A DNA stretch of 64,000 nucleotides, taken from an uncultured Nitrososphaerales archaeon (lineage in GTDB: Archaea > Thermoproteota > Nitrososphaeria > Nitrososphaerales > Nitrososphaeraceae). The stretch lies in assembly GCA_963713605.1 (NCBI GenBank), contig CAVQMO010000010.1, positions 224,001-288,000 of the forward strand, written 5' to 3'. Both the position numbers and the translations under genes were made by a program. The notes below the pieces were generated by a model. That model was not told where the DNA came from, did not search any database, and was given only the letters and a program-made list of their open reading frames with translations. Positions 21,517 through 32,595 of the stretch are shown here, in pieces. Each line of letters starts with the position of its first letter. Within the stretch, counting starts at the first letter, position 1.

Positions 21517-22302
21517 ATGATTGTAACATGTTATATCTCATATTATATCTCATGTCTTGTTTTATTTTGCTTTACATTTTCCTTTTTACTTCCCACTCTG
21601 AACGTACATGCGGTCAACGTTATCATAGGTACCTCTAATACCACTATCGGCACTGGTGAAGATGATGTCATAATAGGTTGTTCATTTCTCACCTTTATTC
21701 AGAGCATGCAAGTAGTTCAAGTTCCTAATATGAAGCCCCCCGAACAACTACTACCTGTGACAATCTCCGATTGCAGACAAGGAGATCAACTTATTGGATT
21801 TGAAGGCAATGATGTATTGCAAGGTTCATCTGCAGATGATTCTATTCGGGGCGATGAAGATAATGATCAACTTACAGGTGCGGATGGAAATGATAAGTTA
21901 GTCGGGGGAGATGATGCTGATGTAATACAGGGTGGTTTTGGAGGTGATTTCCTATTTGCAGGATCTGGTAATGACGAACTTTATTCTGGGGCAGGGGATG
22001 ACATCCTATTTGGGGGTAAGGGTGCCGATTACTTTGATTGTGGAGAAGGTTACGATACCATAATAGATTTTGCACCAATAAAAGGGGATACAAATTCTGA
22101 TAACTGTGAGGTGGTATTAACTCATGGATCTAATACAGAAATAATATGCGATGCCGGTTCGGAAACCACACAGTTCCAGTCAAAGATAAAAAGTGAAATG
22201 GGACTTAATAATAGTGTGACAAGTAGCAGCAGCACCGTTGCTGTTCCTAATCCATTGGACATGCTATGCGATGGCGATAGCGATGGCGATGGCGATGGAT
22301 GA
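21517..22302 (+). CDS. Secreted RTX/hemolysin-type calcium-binding protein
   Basis: Signal-like N-terminus, GxxGxDxLx nonapeptide repeats, GADYFDCGEG.D.I.DF; ends in DG repeats. Confidence 0.85.
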   Translation: MIVTCYISYYISCLVLFCFTFSFLLPTLNVHAVNVIIGTSNTTIGTGEDDVIIGCSFLTFIQSMQVVQVPNMKPPEQLLPVTISDCRQGDQLIGFEGNDVLQGSSADDSIRGDEDNDQLTGADGNDKLVGGDDADVIQGGFGGDFLFAGSGNDELYSGAGDDILFGGKGADYFDCGEGYDTIIDFAPIKGDTNSDNCEVVLTHGSNTEIICDAGSETTQFQSKIKSEMGLNNSVTSSSSTVAVPNPLDMLCDGDSDGDGDG

Positions 22303-22694
22303 CGGCGACGAAATATGATGAAATATTGCAAGATGAGGTCTATTAAGAACTAAACTTAGAATAGAATTCCAACTATTGATCTTTGATATTATATTCTATT
22401 GAATCTAGGAAAAAGATCAAAGGAATCAATGCGATGAATTAATATTGGTTAAGGTCAGTGAAGAACCTATACGCAACTTATGTACTATATTTCGCATAGA
22501 ATACTAAATCATATATCGTTGTTATCCTATATGAGTACGATTCATACAGGCTTCATATATATGAAGAAAACAGCTAGCCAATGTTTCTCATGAATTGCTT
22601 CTTGAAAAAGTGACAGTACGTGTTACATTTATTAGACAAAGACTATCCATCTAAAAATAATGTATCAACCATGCAGTTATAGGAGTCGCAACCA

Positions 22695-23762
22695 ATGAAG
22701 GCGGCTGTTTTTTCTGAGTACAGCAAGGATCCTGCAAAAGTGGTGAAAATTACAGATATCGATCCTCCAAAGTTAAAATCAAATGAAGTAATGATCAAGG
22801 TAGAATCTGCTGCGTTTAATTATAACGATTTATGGGCCGTGTGGGGCGAACCTATTAAGATTCCGTTACCGCATATTTCAGGCACTGATATTGCAGGAAC
22901 TGTGACTGACATTGGCTCAGGCGTTACCACTATTAAAGTTGGAGACAGAGTGGTTTCTCATGCAAATCTATCCTGCAGAACCTGTTATTTATGTACATCA
23001 GGGAGAGAGTATGATTGTAACAGTAGACTTGTATGGGGATTTCAGACAGGTCCGTTGTGGGGCGGCTTCGCTCAATTTACAAAGCTTCCAGAGGTAAATG
23101 TCGTTAAATTGCCAAATGATATCTCATTTAATGATGCTGCGGCCATTGCTATGGTAGGATTGACTTCTTGGCACATGTTAGTAGGTAGAGCAAAAATTGT
23201 ACCTGGACAGACCGTCTTAATCATGGGTGGCACAAGTGGAGTCGGAATGGCAGGAATTCAGATTGCAAAATTATATAATTGTAATGTAATTGCTACTGCT
23301 GGAAATAAGGATAAGATGGACAAATGTTTAGAGATTGGCGCAGACGATGTGGTTAATCACAGAGATGCTGATTGGTATAAGGCTGTACGAAGTCTTACAA
23401 AAGACAAGATGGGTGCCGGTGGCGAAGGAGTAGATGTTATTTTTGAACATATAGGGAAATCTGTTTTTGCCAAAGCAATTTCGCTGTTGAAGATGGGGGG
23501 AACTTTGGTAACTACTGGTGCAACTACAGGATATAATTCGAATATAGATTTACGATATCTTTTCTTTAGAGGTTTAAACTTAATTGGTTCCACTCAAGGA
23601 ACTAAAGCAGAACTTGAAGATGTAATCTATTGGACTAACAATGGCAGAATACGACCCTTAATTGATGTAATTCTTCCATTTGGCCGAATTACAGACGGCT
23701 ATGCAAAAATGGCAAGTGGTGATCATTTTGGAAAGATTCTAGTAACACCACAATTAATTTGA
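22695..23762 (+). CDS. Zinc-binding (MDR) alcohol dehydrogenase/quinone reductase
   Basis: PHISGTDIAG, CRTCYLC..GREYDC, MGGTSGVG, GATTG. Confidence 0.92.
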   Translation: MKAAVFSEYSKDPAKVVKITDIDPPKLKSNEVMIKVESAAFNYNDLWAVWGEPIKIPLPHISGTDIAGTVTDIGSGVTTIKVGDRVVSHANLSCRTCYLCTSGREYDCNSRLVWGFQTGPLWGGFAQFTKLPEVNVVKLPNDISFNDAAAIAMVGLTSWHMLVGRAKIVPGQTVLIMGGTSGVGMAGIQIAKLYNCNVIATAGNKDKMDKCLEIGADDVVNHRDADWYKAVRSLTKDKMGAGGEGVDVIFEHIGKSVFAKAISLLKMGGTLVTTGATTGYNSNIDLRYLFFRGLNLIGSTQGTKAELEDVIYWTNNGRIRPLIDVILPFGRITDGYAKMASGDHFGKILVTPQLI

Positions 23763-24075
23763 ATTGATTCAGCCACTCATTACTGAAGTGGTCGATTTGA
23801 CTAAGTTTGGTTTATGGTAAGGGCTTGAACTGATTTCCATTCGGATCACGCCGGTGCTTTCTTGAAGAATAAACTAAGATGGAATCCGTCAATTTAAGTA
23901 GATGTCCTCATATTCGTCTCCATAGTCATTGCCTTGGTTAATCCATCTTCTGGGATAGTTCATGAACAGAAGCGATGTTTTAGCGCTAACAATAGTACAT
24001 CCCACGCAGAGAGATAATATTTGCAGATAACTATTATACACTATATTTTACAATGAGTGATGGAGATTATTATAG

Positions 24076-25074
24076 ATGACAAGGATTAGTATTCAGGCTG
24101 CTCATGAGCAAGTGAATCCAAAAGATCTGCTAAGTGATGTTATAACCATGGACGAGAAAGGGATTCAAAGATGTTGGACAAGCGATCATTATATGCCTTG
24201 GTGGGATAGCGGGGCCTCTGGAGGGGCTGCATGGCCGTGGCTTGGGGCTGCATTAGCTAGGACTAGTAGTATAGTAATAGGTACTGGCGTGACGGCTCCT
24301 ATACTTCGGTATCATCCAGCCATCGTTGCACAAGTATTTGCTACGCTTGAATATATGTTCCCAAACAGGGTATTTCTTGGAATTGGAAGGGGGGAAGCTC
24401 TTAACGAAGTTACTTCAGGGCACTCTTGGCCTTCCAATGCCGAAAAGTTTGAGAGGCTAAAAGAAGCAATATACCTAATTAGAAAACTGTGGACTGGAGA
24501 TTGGGTTGATTTCAGGGGAAATTATTATTGGGTAAGAGATTCTAAATTGTATACCAAACCTTCGAATCATATCCCTCTTTACCTTGCAGGCATTGGTAAA
24601 CAAAGTGCTCGGCTGGCTGGCGAAGAGGCAGACGGGTTTGTTACTAATGAACTGGATGTGGAAGTAATAAGAGATAAGTTGTTTCCCGCCTTAAAGAAAG
24701 GTGCCATACTTTCAGGTAAGGATTATAGTTCATTCGAAAAGATACTGTTTTTACCAGCTTCATATCACGTAGACAAACAGAAAGCATTGGAATCAATTAG
24801 ATTCTGGCGTGGCGCTATGATAAAGGCATTTTTTGATGTAGACGTTCATGATCCTAGAAAAATTCAAGAGAATGGTCAGATCATTGGTGATGATACACTA
24901 GAGAAGATGTTCCTAGTGATATCAACTGCGGATGAAGGGATAAAAAAGCTCAAGAAGTATATAGAGTTGGGATTTACAGAGATCGTCTTAACAAATTCAA
25001 GTCCAGATAGGAATGAACTAGTTAAGCTAATCTCAGAGAAGATATCTCCACATCTCAACACTGTTGTTGATTAG
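24076..25074 (+). CDS. F420-dependent LLM-class oxidoreductase (G6PDH-like family)
   Basis: AAHEQ, SDHYMPW, GTGVTAP..RYHPA.VAQ.FATL, G.GEALNE. Confidence 0.92.
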   Translation: MTRISIQAAHEQVNPKDLLSDVITMDEKGIQRCWTSDHYMPWWDSGASGGAAWPWLGAALARTSSIVIGTGVTAPILRYHPAIVAQVFATLEYMFPNRVFLGIGRGEALNEVTSGHSWPSNAEKFERLKEAIYLIRKLWTGDWVDFRGNYYWVRDSKLYTKPSNHIPLYLAGIGKQSARLAGEEADGFVTNELDVEVIRDKLFPALKKGAILSGKDYSSFEKILFLPASYHVDKQKALESIRFWRGAMIKAFFDVDVHDPRKIQENGQIIGDDTLEKMFLVISTADEGIKKLKKYIELGFTEIVLTNSSPDRNELVKLISEKISPHLNTVVD

Positions 25075-25385
25075 GTTGGCGATGCGATACCCAGGGACAA
25101 TAGCGACATCGGCCAGTCCTCAGGAGGAGCAGCAACCCTTGAATCATCTGACAACTTATTAGCAATTCCATCTACAGCCTGGAGAACGGCAAAGGCACTA
25201 GCTACCATTATAGCAAGTGCAAGACCAATCCACGCTAGGATAGAAACCGTGCTTGATTCTGATTGTACAAGCAAACGTTAGAGAGCTACAAATCCTCCAG
25301 CAAAAACCATTACTACACCTACAAATTGGCCAATATGAACGGCTATCCATGAATCATCACTGGCATGTTGTAAATACAATAAGAA
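25071..25385 (-). pseudogene. Internal fragment of a multi-pass membrane protein (DUF4386-like)
   Basis: WIAVHIGQFVGVVMVFAGGFVAL*RLLVQSESSTVSILAWIG...LQAVDGIA; in-frame TAA at 25278; both ends truncated. Confidence 0.6.
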
Positions 25386-25391
25386 AGTTAG

Positions 25392-25870
25392 GGACCACCC
25401 GGACCAGCAGGAGGACCACCCGGACCCCAGGGACCACCAGGACGAGCAGGTGCAACGGGTGCCACGGGTGCAACGGGTGCCACAGGTGCAACGGGACCAG
25501 CAGGACCACAGGGTGTACCAAGCGATACAGGTGAACAAGGACCAGCAGGACCTAGAGGACTTAGAGGACCCGTAGGGCCTCAGGGTGTACCAGTTTACCA
25601 GGTGAACAAGGACCGGCAGGACCTAGAGGATCACAAGGGGTGCCAGGTGCAAGTTGTGCTGGTTCTGTAAGGACACATGATAATTCCGCCGAATGGGCCG
25701 GAACAACCAAAAATGGGGGTCACTTCACTGTTCAAGTATTCCCAATAACAGGTAATGATGAGTTCCCAGGAAGACCAGGAAGTCCCAATCAGGGAGACAG
25801 AAACTCAATGACGGGGCTAGATGTATGTATCCCTGATATCCCCAACTCGATACCTCGACCGGGACCATAG
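25392..25870 (+). pseudogene. Collagen-like (Gly-X-Y) surface protein remnant
   Basis: [25 protein letters not shown]...[10 protein letters not shown]; frameshift near 25592; no N-terminus. Confidence 0.85.
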
Positions 25871-26115
25871 ACTACCTCAAATCAGTTACAACAACCCTCT
25901 TCATTTTTTTGATATAAATGAAAATGATGTCTAGTTTCCCTGCTTAGCTATAATTTCAAGTCGATAAGCAAGTCTCTTTCTAAGACCTGATAAACATACG
26001 TCTGATTATCAGAGGTCTTCAGAGTCAGTCTACTGGTGGTTGATTAACTACCACATCCTCCTTCTTTTATTAAAATACAAGCAGTCTGTCACTTAGTTAT
26101 TCCAAACTGCATAGG

Positions 26116-26290
26116 TATGCCAACGCATCCATGACGCAAGAAGCAGAGAAAATACTATTCAGATTCATAAGTGAAGAAGTAGAGAGATCTGAACGCGGAG
26201 AAATAACCCCAAATACTATTCGAAATCCAATAAAGGCCTTTAAGTTGCTGCTTGAAATGAACGACGTTATTTCTATCAGCTGTGCACTTA
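26116..26290 (+). pseudogene. Tyrosine-integrase N-terminal domain fragment
   Basis: AEKILFRFISEEVERSERGEITPNTIRNPIKAFKLLLEMNDV resembles Nitrososphaera integrase N-domains. Confidence 0.65.
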
Positions 26291-26328
26291 ATGTACACAA
26301 GCAGGTATTACTTGCTATCTATAGTATC

Positions 26329-26931
26329 CTAGTCCATTCTCTTTAATTGTTGATTTTTATTATCGATAGCTCTACCAAGATCGGATAATTGAGCATTCCA
26401 TAGTACCAGTTTTTGATTAAGATTTCTCCTTTTATCTTCTAAATTAATAATTTCATTTGTGAGAATATGCTTTCTATTTTCTAAATATGGTATGTCAAAA
26501 GCTGTGTATCTTAACATAATCTGAATATCTTTTTGGTTAATCAATCTGAGTTTCTTCATCGCACGAAATAATCTGAGAAATAGAGTAAGATGATTCCTGA
26601 TCTCATAATATACTAATGCTAAGTCGCCGAGCTCTTTTAATGCCCAATATTCTTTCTGTAGTTCTTTTACTTCAGTGTACGGAATATCTAATTCGATCGC
26701 CACATCAATCGGCTTCTTGCCCTGTTCATATAAAAAAAGCGCCTGTGTTGCTTTAGATTTGTTACTCATGTCAATTACGTCATTATTTTGACCATCTAAT
26801 CTTTTGATAATTCTTCCAATATCGCTAAAAGACATATGCGCCGCAGCCGCAATGTCACGTATAGTCTTACCGTCTTGATAGAGTTGAATTGCAAGTTGTT
26901 CTTTTTCTTTTTTATTCAATACCGCTTGCAT
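26329..26931 (-). CDS. HTH / coiled-coil protein of an integrase-associated Nitrososphaera family
   Basis: LNKKEKEQLAIQLYQDGKTIRDIAAAAHMSFSDIGRII, then a second HTH (GKKPIDVAIELDI). Confidence 0.8.
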   Translation of the reverse strand: MQAVLNKKEKEQLAIQLYQDGKTIRDIAAAAHMSFSDIGRIIKRLDGQNNDVIDMSNKSKATQALFLYEQGKKPIDVAIELDIPYTEVKELQKEYWALKELGDLALVYYEIRNHLTLFLRLFRAMKKLRLINQKDIQIMLRYTAFDIPYLENRKHILTNEIINLEDKRRNLNQKLVLWNAQLSDLGRAIDNKNQQLKRMD

Positions 26932-27115
26932 ATTTTGTGGACAATGATAATTGGCTAACTGTTGCTATTAACTTTTCCCTGTTATCATCTGCTACTAACT
27001 CAAAGTTTACTGTTATGGATTGATACAGACTGTTATTTTATGGTATAATACTGGAACATGTATACAATAATTAGATTCCCGACGACTTTATACAACAACA
27101 TATCTATGTATAGAT

Positions 27116-27420
27116 ATGAAGAGAGTAATAGTACTAGTCTTATCAATTTCGGCAATAATGCTGGTACAACCAGCGTCGGTCAATGCTATTACAGATATCG
27201 ACGCAAAATGTATAGAACAAGTATATAGAATTGGATGGAGGGACAAGCTCCTGAGAATTAGGGAAAAATAAATCATACACAAATCAAATCAAATCTAGTT
27301 TTTTCCCCTAGTCGAGAAAATAATGCTTCGGCAACCTGTCCCGATGGAAAAATACTTACTGGAGGAGGATATAGGATAATGGGAGATCATGATATCGGTT
27401 GGCACGTGAAAGACTGATAT
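27116..27420 (+). pseudogene. Secreted protein remnant
   Basis: Signal peptide MKRVIVLVLSISAIMLVQPASVNA, then a stop, then ASATCPDGKILTGGGY. Confidence 0.5.
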
Positions 27421-27801
27421 CCCTTAATAGGTGACCTAGAGTCAACTCAAGTAATCGTGATGCCTCGAGCGGGTCATGCCATCATCATCAGTACCCCGAT
27501 CTTGTGGCAAAATATATTACATCGACTACATAATCAATATCATAAAAATTCTCTTCGATAATATTGCTAACTTCAGTTTGATTTGATGTCATTAAACTTT
27601 TTTTAATTTAGGATGGATTGCAAGATTGAGTTATTTATACTTATCATCCTTGATCCTATCTATAGGAATAGTCTAATAGTATATATGTATAGAAGTTCCA
27701 ATTTACACAAATCCCGGATTTCGATATTAAGACGTATACGTATCAATTTTCGGGATATCACTTCTAAAGTCATTAATTGATTGAATTCTCAACCATAGAT
27801 T

Positions 27802-27891
27802 TTACTCAGTTTTTGCCAGTCTAGCTAATGCAGTGTGTTTAACACGGGCCAGTTTCGGATTAGATGCTATTATCTCCAAGATCCGGCCCAT
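27802..27891 (-). pseudogene. Integrase C-terminal tail remnant
   Basis: MGRILEIIASNPKLARVKHTAL resembles the NPKLAxVKP tail of Nitrososphaera integrases. Confidence 0.45.
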
Positions 27892-28040
27892 TTTCTACGA
27901 AGTTAATCTTTACGAATGCATATCATAAAGGTACGGTAACTACGGCTTCGAAAGAGGTTGTGTTTCATCATTAGTTGACATTGGACTGGTACGCTTACCG
28001 TGAGATTATCGCTTCAATCTTATTAAGTTAACCTTATCAA

Positions 28041-29195
28041 TCAATCACATGAATCCATCAAGCCTGCTGTTCGTAACCAGTCCTCTAATGTTTTGATACG
28101 TGCTTCTTGCTCCTTAAGTCTCTGAGCCGTTTCGCCTTCTAACTCTTGATTGCGTTTCTTTAATCGATGCCTATCATCGATAATGATTCTGTCAATCACC
28201 TTTTCATAATCTGCTAAAATGTCGCTCTCTCTAGCTCTGAGATAGTGACCTGGAATACCGATAGAATGGCCTTGTGTCAGTTCAACGGTGGCAGGAAGCA
28301 TTCCTGATAGGTCCGCCTCAGATTTGTAGAATTTGCGGAAACCTCTTGACATTTTCACCTGGCCTTTAAACTCAAAGTTTTCACGAACCCTGGACAGTTT
28401 TAGAGCATTCTTAAGAATACGCTTGAGTCCTCCAATACTTAGAGGTTTGGCAGCATGTTTGATACTGAGTGAGTTGTAGAGGTCGCGAATGAGGGGAGAA
28501 TCATGTTTGATAATCTCCCCATCCTTAGATCTCTCCTCAAGATATAGGTCTATCATACTCGCACATTCAGGAGAACAGGGAGTAAAGAAATCTTCTGAAG
28601 ATTCAGCATAGATTTGAATCCCGTAGGTTTTTTCTCCAGTACTCGTGTACATCTCCTTCAAATGACATTTTTTTAGTTTAGGAATCCCACCAATGCGCAA
28701 ACCTCCGGCTGAGGCTAACAGTAGTATGACTACTTTCTCTCTAAGCCTTCCCTGACATCCTAGTTCCAGCATCTTTTGAATCTCTTCAACCGAGTAGCCT
28801 CTATCCCTGTAACTATACTCATAGGGTGGTAACTCTATGTTTATCTTGGTCCATTTAATGGGGAACTCATCCTCTCGTATCATGAAAAAGAGGTGACGTA
28901 TCGCAGCCAGATGTAACTTTATGGATGAACGTGAGAGTTTCTCCTTCTCCCTCAGATGTATGACATAGTCGATGATCAATTGCTTGCAATGCTATAGTGA
29001 GTACTCTTTCAGTGGGTCTACATCTTTGATTTGGAAGTAAGCAAGGAAGCGAGTGATATTTTTCTCATAATGTTCTCTTGTATATGGAGAGAGACTCGGA
29101 GAAGTCGCAGGGAAGGGAATATTCTCATTACTATCCTTCTTGCCCTGCTGTTGTTCTTGCTGCATCTGTTTACTTAAGTCCAAATCCAAAGCCAA
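28041..29195 (-). pseudogene. Tyrosine recombinase/integrase with in-frame TAG
   Basis: The two ORFs share one frame (KEYSL*HCKQLIIDY); GGLRIG, RGFRKF (HxxR His replaced by Arg), GHS...HYLR. Confidence 0.9.
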
Positions 29196-29452
29196 TCCAA
29201 TCCCAAACTCCTACCACCATCAAAGTAAGTTCGGAACTCTATAGTTCCCCCAGTTATTATAGGGTACTAATCAGGACATATAACAGCAATTATAGATCCA
29301 ATTACCTCATATCGATCTGGTTTTTTTCTATCTATTAACATCCCCCAAAGAATTGAAGATATAATAAAGATTCCCCCATAAGCTGCATACTCTTCCAAAT
29401 TGGGCAGGTTGGAAAGTTGGAATCATGCCATAAATAAACAAAACTATTCCCT

Positions 29453-29625
29453 GTTTAATCCAACGCATATTGTTGAGATACTCAACCACTTCTGAAATCT
29501 ATCGTTTATCATTATCAAAACTCTCCGCTATTTTCTCAATGCACTCTTGATCATTCACAAGTCTCATCAAAACATGTTTTGCCAGTTCCAGACCTTAGAG
29601 CGTGTTAATACTAAATTCTTGGTAG
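29453..29625 (-). pseudogene. Small winged-helix-like gene remnant, paralogous to 60760-61025
   Basis: EFSINTL*GLELAKHVLMRLVND..CIEKIAESFDNDKR*ISEVVEYLNNMRWIK. Confidence 0.6.
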
Positions 29626-29890
29626 TCGGTCAGATAGTTTACCACTCTTTATTGATTGTCTACATTAGATTATAAACGAATATTTCTAATTTCTAATAGA
29701 GGAGATATTCGTGAAAATAAAGTTGCAATGTACAAAAATGAGGATGATAACGCACATCATATAGCAGTTTTTAAGAACTGAGTGGCATTAGAAGTCCCTT
29801 CCAAGTCATGATAGTCGGGATGTCTTGAGGGTATCGTGTTGGACCTATATACAAACAGAAATGTTTTAACTGTATGAGTTGGAAGAAAAC

Positions 29891-30280
29891 ATGATGAAGG
29901 ATAACGATAATAAGAATATAGACGCATTGCTTAGGTTATACAAGCTATATGACGAACATAGACATTCTATACTCTGGTTTTTAGAAGACCTCGACGCCAA
30001 TAGTTATCAGGAGTACCTACAGAAATATCCAGGTTCTTCAAATGAACGAGCGCAGTTCATTGCTGTGTGTGGTTTCTTTGAGTTGTCAGGTATTATTGTA
30101 AAACATAAGTTAATAGATCTGAACCTCTATTTTGATATGTTTAATCCTACGCCATTCTGGCAAAAGGCCGAACCAATAGTTAGGGGAATGAGAAAAAAGA
30201 GACCGTACATTTACGAAAACTTTGAGTCTTTAAATGATAAGAGATTGAGTTGGGCAAAGAAGAGAAGGAAGAGAATGTGA
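29891..30280 (+). CDS. DUF4760-like protein
   Basis: LLRLYKLY...KYPGSS.ER..F..VCGFFELSGIIVKH...FW.KAEPIVRGMR...YENFE. Confidence 0.75.
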   Translation: MMKDNDNKNIDALLRLYKLYDEHRHSILWFLEDLDANSYQEYLQKYPGSSNERAQFIAVCGFFELSGIIVKHKLIDLNLYFDMFNPTPFWQKAEPIVRGMRKKRPYIYENFESLNDKRLSWAKKRRKRM

Positions 30281-30293
30281 TCACAAAATAGAA

Positions 30294-30620
30294 ATGAGTC
30301 AAAACGATGAAGATTTAGAGGAAAAGAAATTGTTAGGCTCAGGCGGCTATGCGATCGCCAAACTGACTGAGAATGAAGAAATGAAATCAAATCTTGGAGT
30401 GCCGCATCTGTTCTTAGCAAATGTGGGAAGACTAGCTGAAGATAGATTTTTGAGATATTACTGTAACAAGTGTGGAAAGGAATACAATGGCAGGCCATTA
30501 CTCATTTATGAAGTTCCTAATGAAGAGATAGCTGAAAATGTCATTTTGGTTGAAAAAGGGGAATACAAATGTCAGAATTGCAACAATACTATAGCACAGT
30601 ATCGTAAATTTAGCAAATAG
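30294..30620 (+). CDS. Zinc-ribbon protein
   Basis: YYCNKC...GEYKCQNC; 13 bp downstream of the previous gene. Confidence 0.8.
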   Translation: MSQNDEDLEEKKLLGSGGYAIAKLTENEEMKSNLGVPHLFLANVGRLAEDRFLRYYCNKCGKEYNGRPLLIYEVPNEEIAENVILVEKGEYKCQNCNNTIAQYRKFSK

Positions 30621-30848
30621 AGACTGATATTATAGGTTAGAGTAAAATGAATTACTCAAATTATGCCCAAATTATGTTGAAAATAAATTGTTAAGTTCAG
30701 CAGACAACGTTGATCCTATGTAGTCAGCAAAATTCACGGCTGTGTCTATTCTTATTTTCAGATGGATACACCATGCCAAATATAACTAGTACTAACTCCA
30801 GTATTCTTCTACTAGTACTATGGATCGCATCAGGTATTAACTTATGTT

Positions 30849-31073
30849 GTGTGTAAATTACTTGTATTGCATTGGACCGAAGACTGTAATTGCAATAGAT
30901 GGTTGACCGATCCGAAGATGATAGACCTTTTTAAGATAAGCAATTCAAGAGTAGAGCTTCGGTGCCGCAGGTGCCATGGTCTAATGGGCTGGTGGGATGA
31001 ACCACCTCGAACTAAGAAGATAATGCCATTCAAACGAGAATGGTCAAAAGAAGAATGTTTGGCAATGAGATAG
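30849..31073 (+). CDS. Small Cys/Trp-rich putative zinc-binding protein
   Basis: DCNC...LRCRRCHG.MGWW; start uncertain. Confidence 0.55.
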   Translation: MCKLLVLHWTEDCNCNRWLTDPKMIDLFKISNSRVELRCRRCHGLMGWWDEPPRTKKIMPFKREWSKEECLAMR

Positions 31074-31135
31074 CTATCTGACACTAACGACTATATTAGA
31101 TTCTGGTTAGTTCTAACAGAAAATATACCAGATTT

Positions 31136-31360
31136 ATGAATAATAAACATAAACTCAAATCCGAGTATGAAATACTACATGGCGACGAAAACCATGATGA
31201 CAAAAGTAAAATTAGACTTATTACATATGCTCTAGAATATCATAGTAAGTTAATGCCGGTATTTGTAGTTGTTGATGCATTAGAAGAAGGAGCCGAGAAA
31301 TCATGCGAAGAAGAAGCTTATAAGACATGCGAAGAACTAGAAAACATGAATCATCAATAA
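31136..31360 (+). CDS. Hypothetical protein
   Basis: 74-aa ATG ORF with an acidic tail. Confidence 0.4.
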   Translation: MNNKHKLKSEYEILHGDENHDDKSKIRLITYALEYHSKLMPVFVVVDALEEGAEKSCEEEAYKTCEELENMNHQ

Positions 31361-31468
31361 AAGATATGAATGAGTGAATAATTATCGATAGCCACCAGAT
31401 CAACGACACTCTCCCCCAGCTCTCTTCGTATTATATCGATTATATCGTAAATTGGTCGTCTTTACATA

Positions 31469-32005
31469 ATGCATAAACACAAGCTCATCGAGCTTCAAAA
31501 AATAATCGATGAAAGAATCGGATCACTTACCGAGGAAGTGGAAATAGCAACTAACGTAAAATTGAACCCGCTGTACATAATAGACCGCAAAGATGAAATA
31601 GAATCTCTACGATGGACGACAAGAATCATCAGGTGGGTTTTAGATCGGGCTATCGACGGAGGGCAGCAGTTTGGGGTAAGCAAAATACGATTGGAGTTGG
31701 AAGACACTAAAAAATTTGAAAATATGCTACATGAAAAAATTCAAGAGCTAGAGACAGAGTTAGAAGATTCAAATACTGATAGAGAAAAAGAAGTTCTCCT
31801 AAATGAAATTGATACTCTAGGATGTGTCTTGGGCCATCTGTTCAATCTTAAAGTTGGTAGTAACAAAACATATGCTATAGGGATAACCGAAGCCAACAAT
31901 AACTACCTGCAGGCAAATCGGCTGAGAAAGCAACTCAAGAACCAAGATCTGGAGTCAGAAATTAGTACACAAATTGAATTTCCATTATCTTTCGAAGTGA
32001 GTTGA
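31469..32005 (+). CDS. Hypothetical helical protein with internal repeat
   Basis: EIESLRWTT and EIDTLGCVL half-repeats; coiled-coil composition. Confidence 0.7.
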   Translation: MHKHKLIELQKIIDERIGSLTEEVEIATNVKLNPLYIIDRKDEIESLRWTTRIIRWVLDRAIDGGQQFGVSKIRLELEDTKKFENMLHEKIQELETELEDSNTDREKEVLLNEIDTLGCVLGHLFNLKVGSNKTYAIGITEANNNYLQANRLRKQLKNQDLESEISTQIEFPLSFEVS

Positions 32006-32217
32006 GTTGAGTTCCAAGATTATTAATTCAATGTGTCAATTAAAAAAATGTAAATGTATTATATAAAACGAAAGATGTGGAATCGGGACTTCTTTCAGTC
32101 GTTCTGTAAGTATAAAGCGCCTGGTCTTTGGTTGTAAAAGTCTTTATATCCAGTGTACCAAAGCTTGCAGTCACGCATTTGAATTTAGCTTCTAATCATC
32201 ATAGTAATTTTAAAAGA

Positions 32218-32595
32218 ATGAAGAAAACGATACTGATATGTGAGAACGAACCAGATGTGCGTTTATTATTTGGGTTAGTGCTCGGGTCAAGATATGATGT
32301 AATAATGGTAGACTCTGGCGAAGAGTGTATTGAGAGGTATATAGAAGAAACAAGCCTGGGTAATAAGATACATCTCATACTATTGGATTATAAACTGGAC
32401 GATATGATGGGTGATTCTGTTGCTCGCAAAATAAAAGAATACAGCGGAACCAAAATAATTCTCAATTCAGCATATAGTGTAGATGAGGTACTCGTAAAAG
32501 AATTGGAAAACGGAAATTACATATCAAAATACATACAAAAACCGTTTGACACAGATCGCTTAACTGATCTAGTGGCTGAGATGATAAAAAATTAA
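32218..32595 (+). CDS. Single-domain response regulator (CheY-like)
   Basis: ILICENE, LILLDYKL, NSAY, IQKPF; ATG 32218. Confidence 0.9.
   Translation: MKKTILICENEPDVRLLFGLVLGSRYDVIMVDSGEECIERYIEETSLGNKIHLILLDYKLDDMMGDSVARKIKEYSGTKIILNSAYSVDEVLVKELENGNYISKYIQKPFDTDRLTDLVAEMIKN

Larger units (their letters stand above)
25071..29625. mobile_element. Decayed integrative island
   Basis: Up to three integrase pieces, an HTH gene and truncated cargo; no att repeats found, so limits are approximate. Confidence 0.55.

Noticed and set aside
25253..25538. Cys-rich RCNGCHGC / RCTRGTRC repeats resembling a metallothionein or RiPP precursor
   Set aside because: They are alternative frames of the Gly-Ala-Thr collagen repeat
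28992..28994. Amber readthrough (pyrrolysine) at in-frame TAGs in the integrase and at 34949
   Set aside because: No pyl genes in view, other genes here end in TAG normally, similar lesions use TAA or indels, and the integrase also lost a catalytic His
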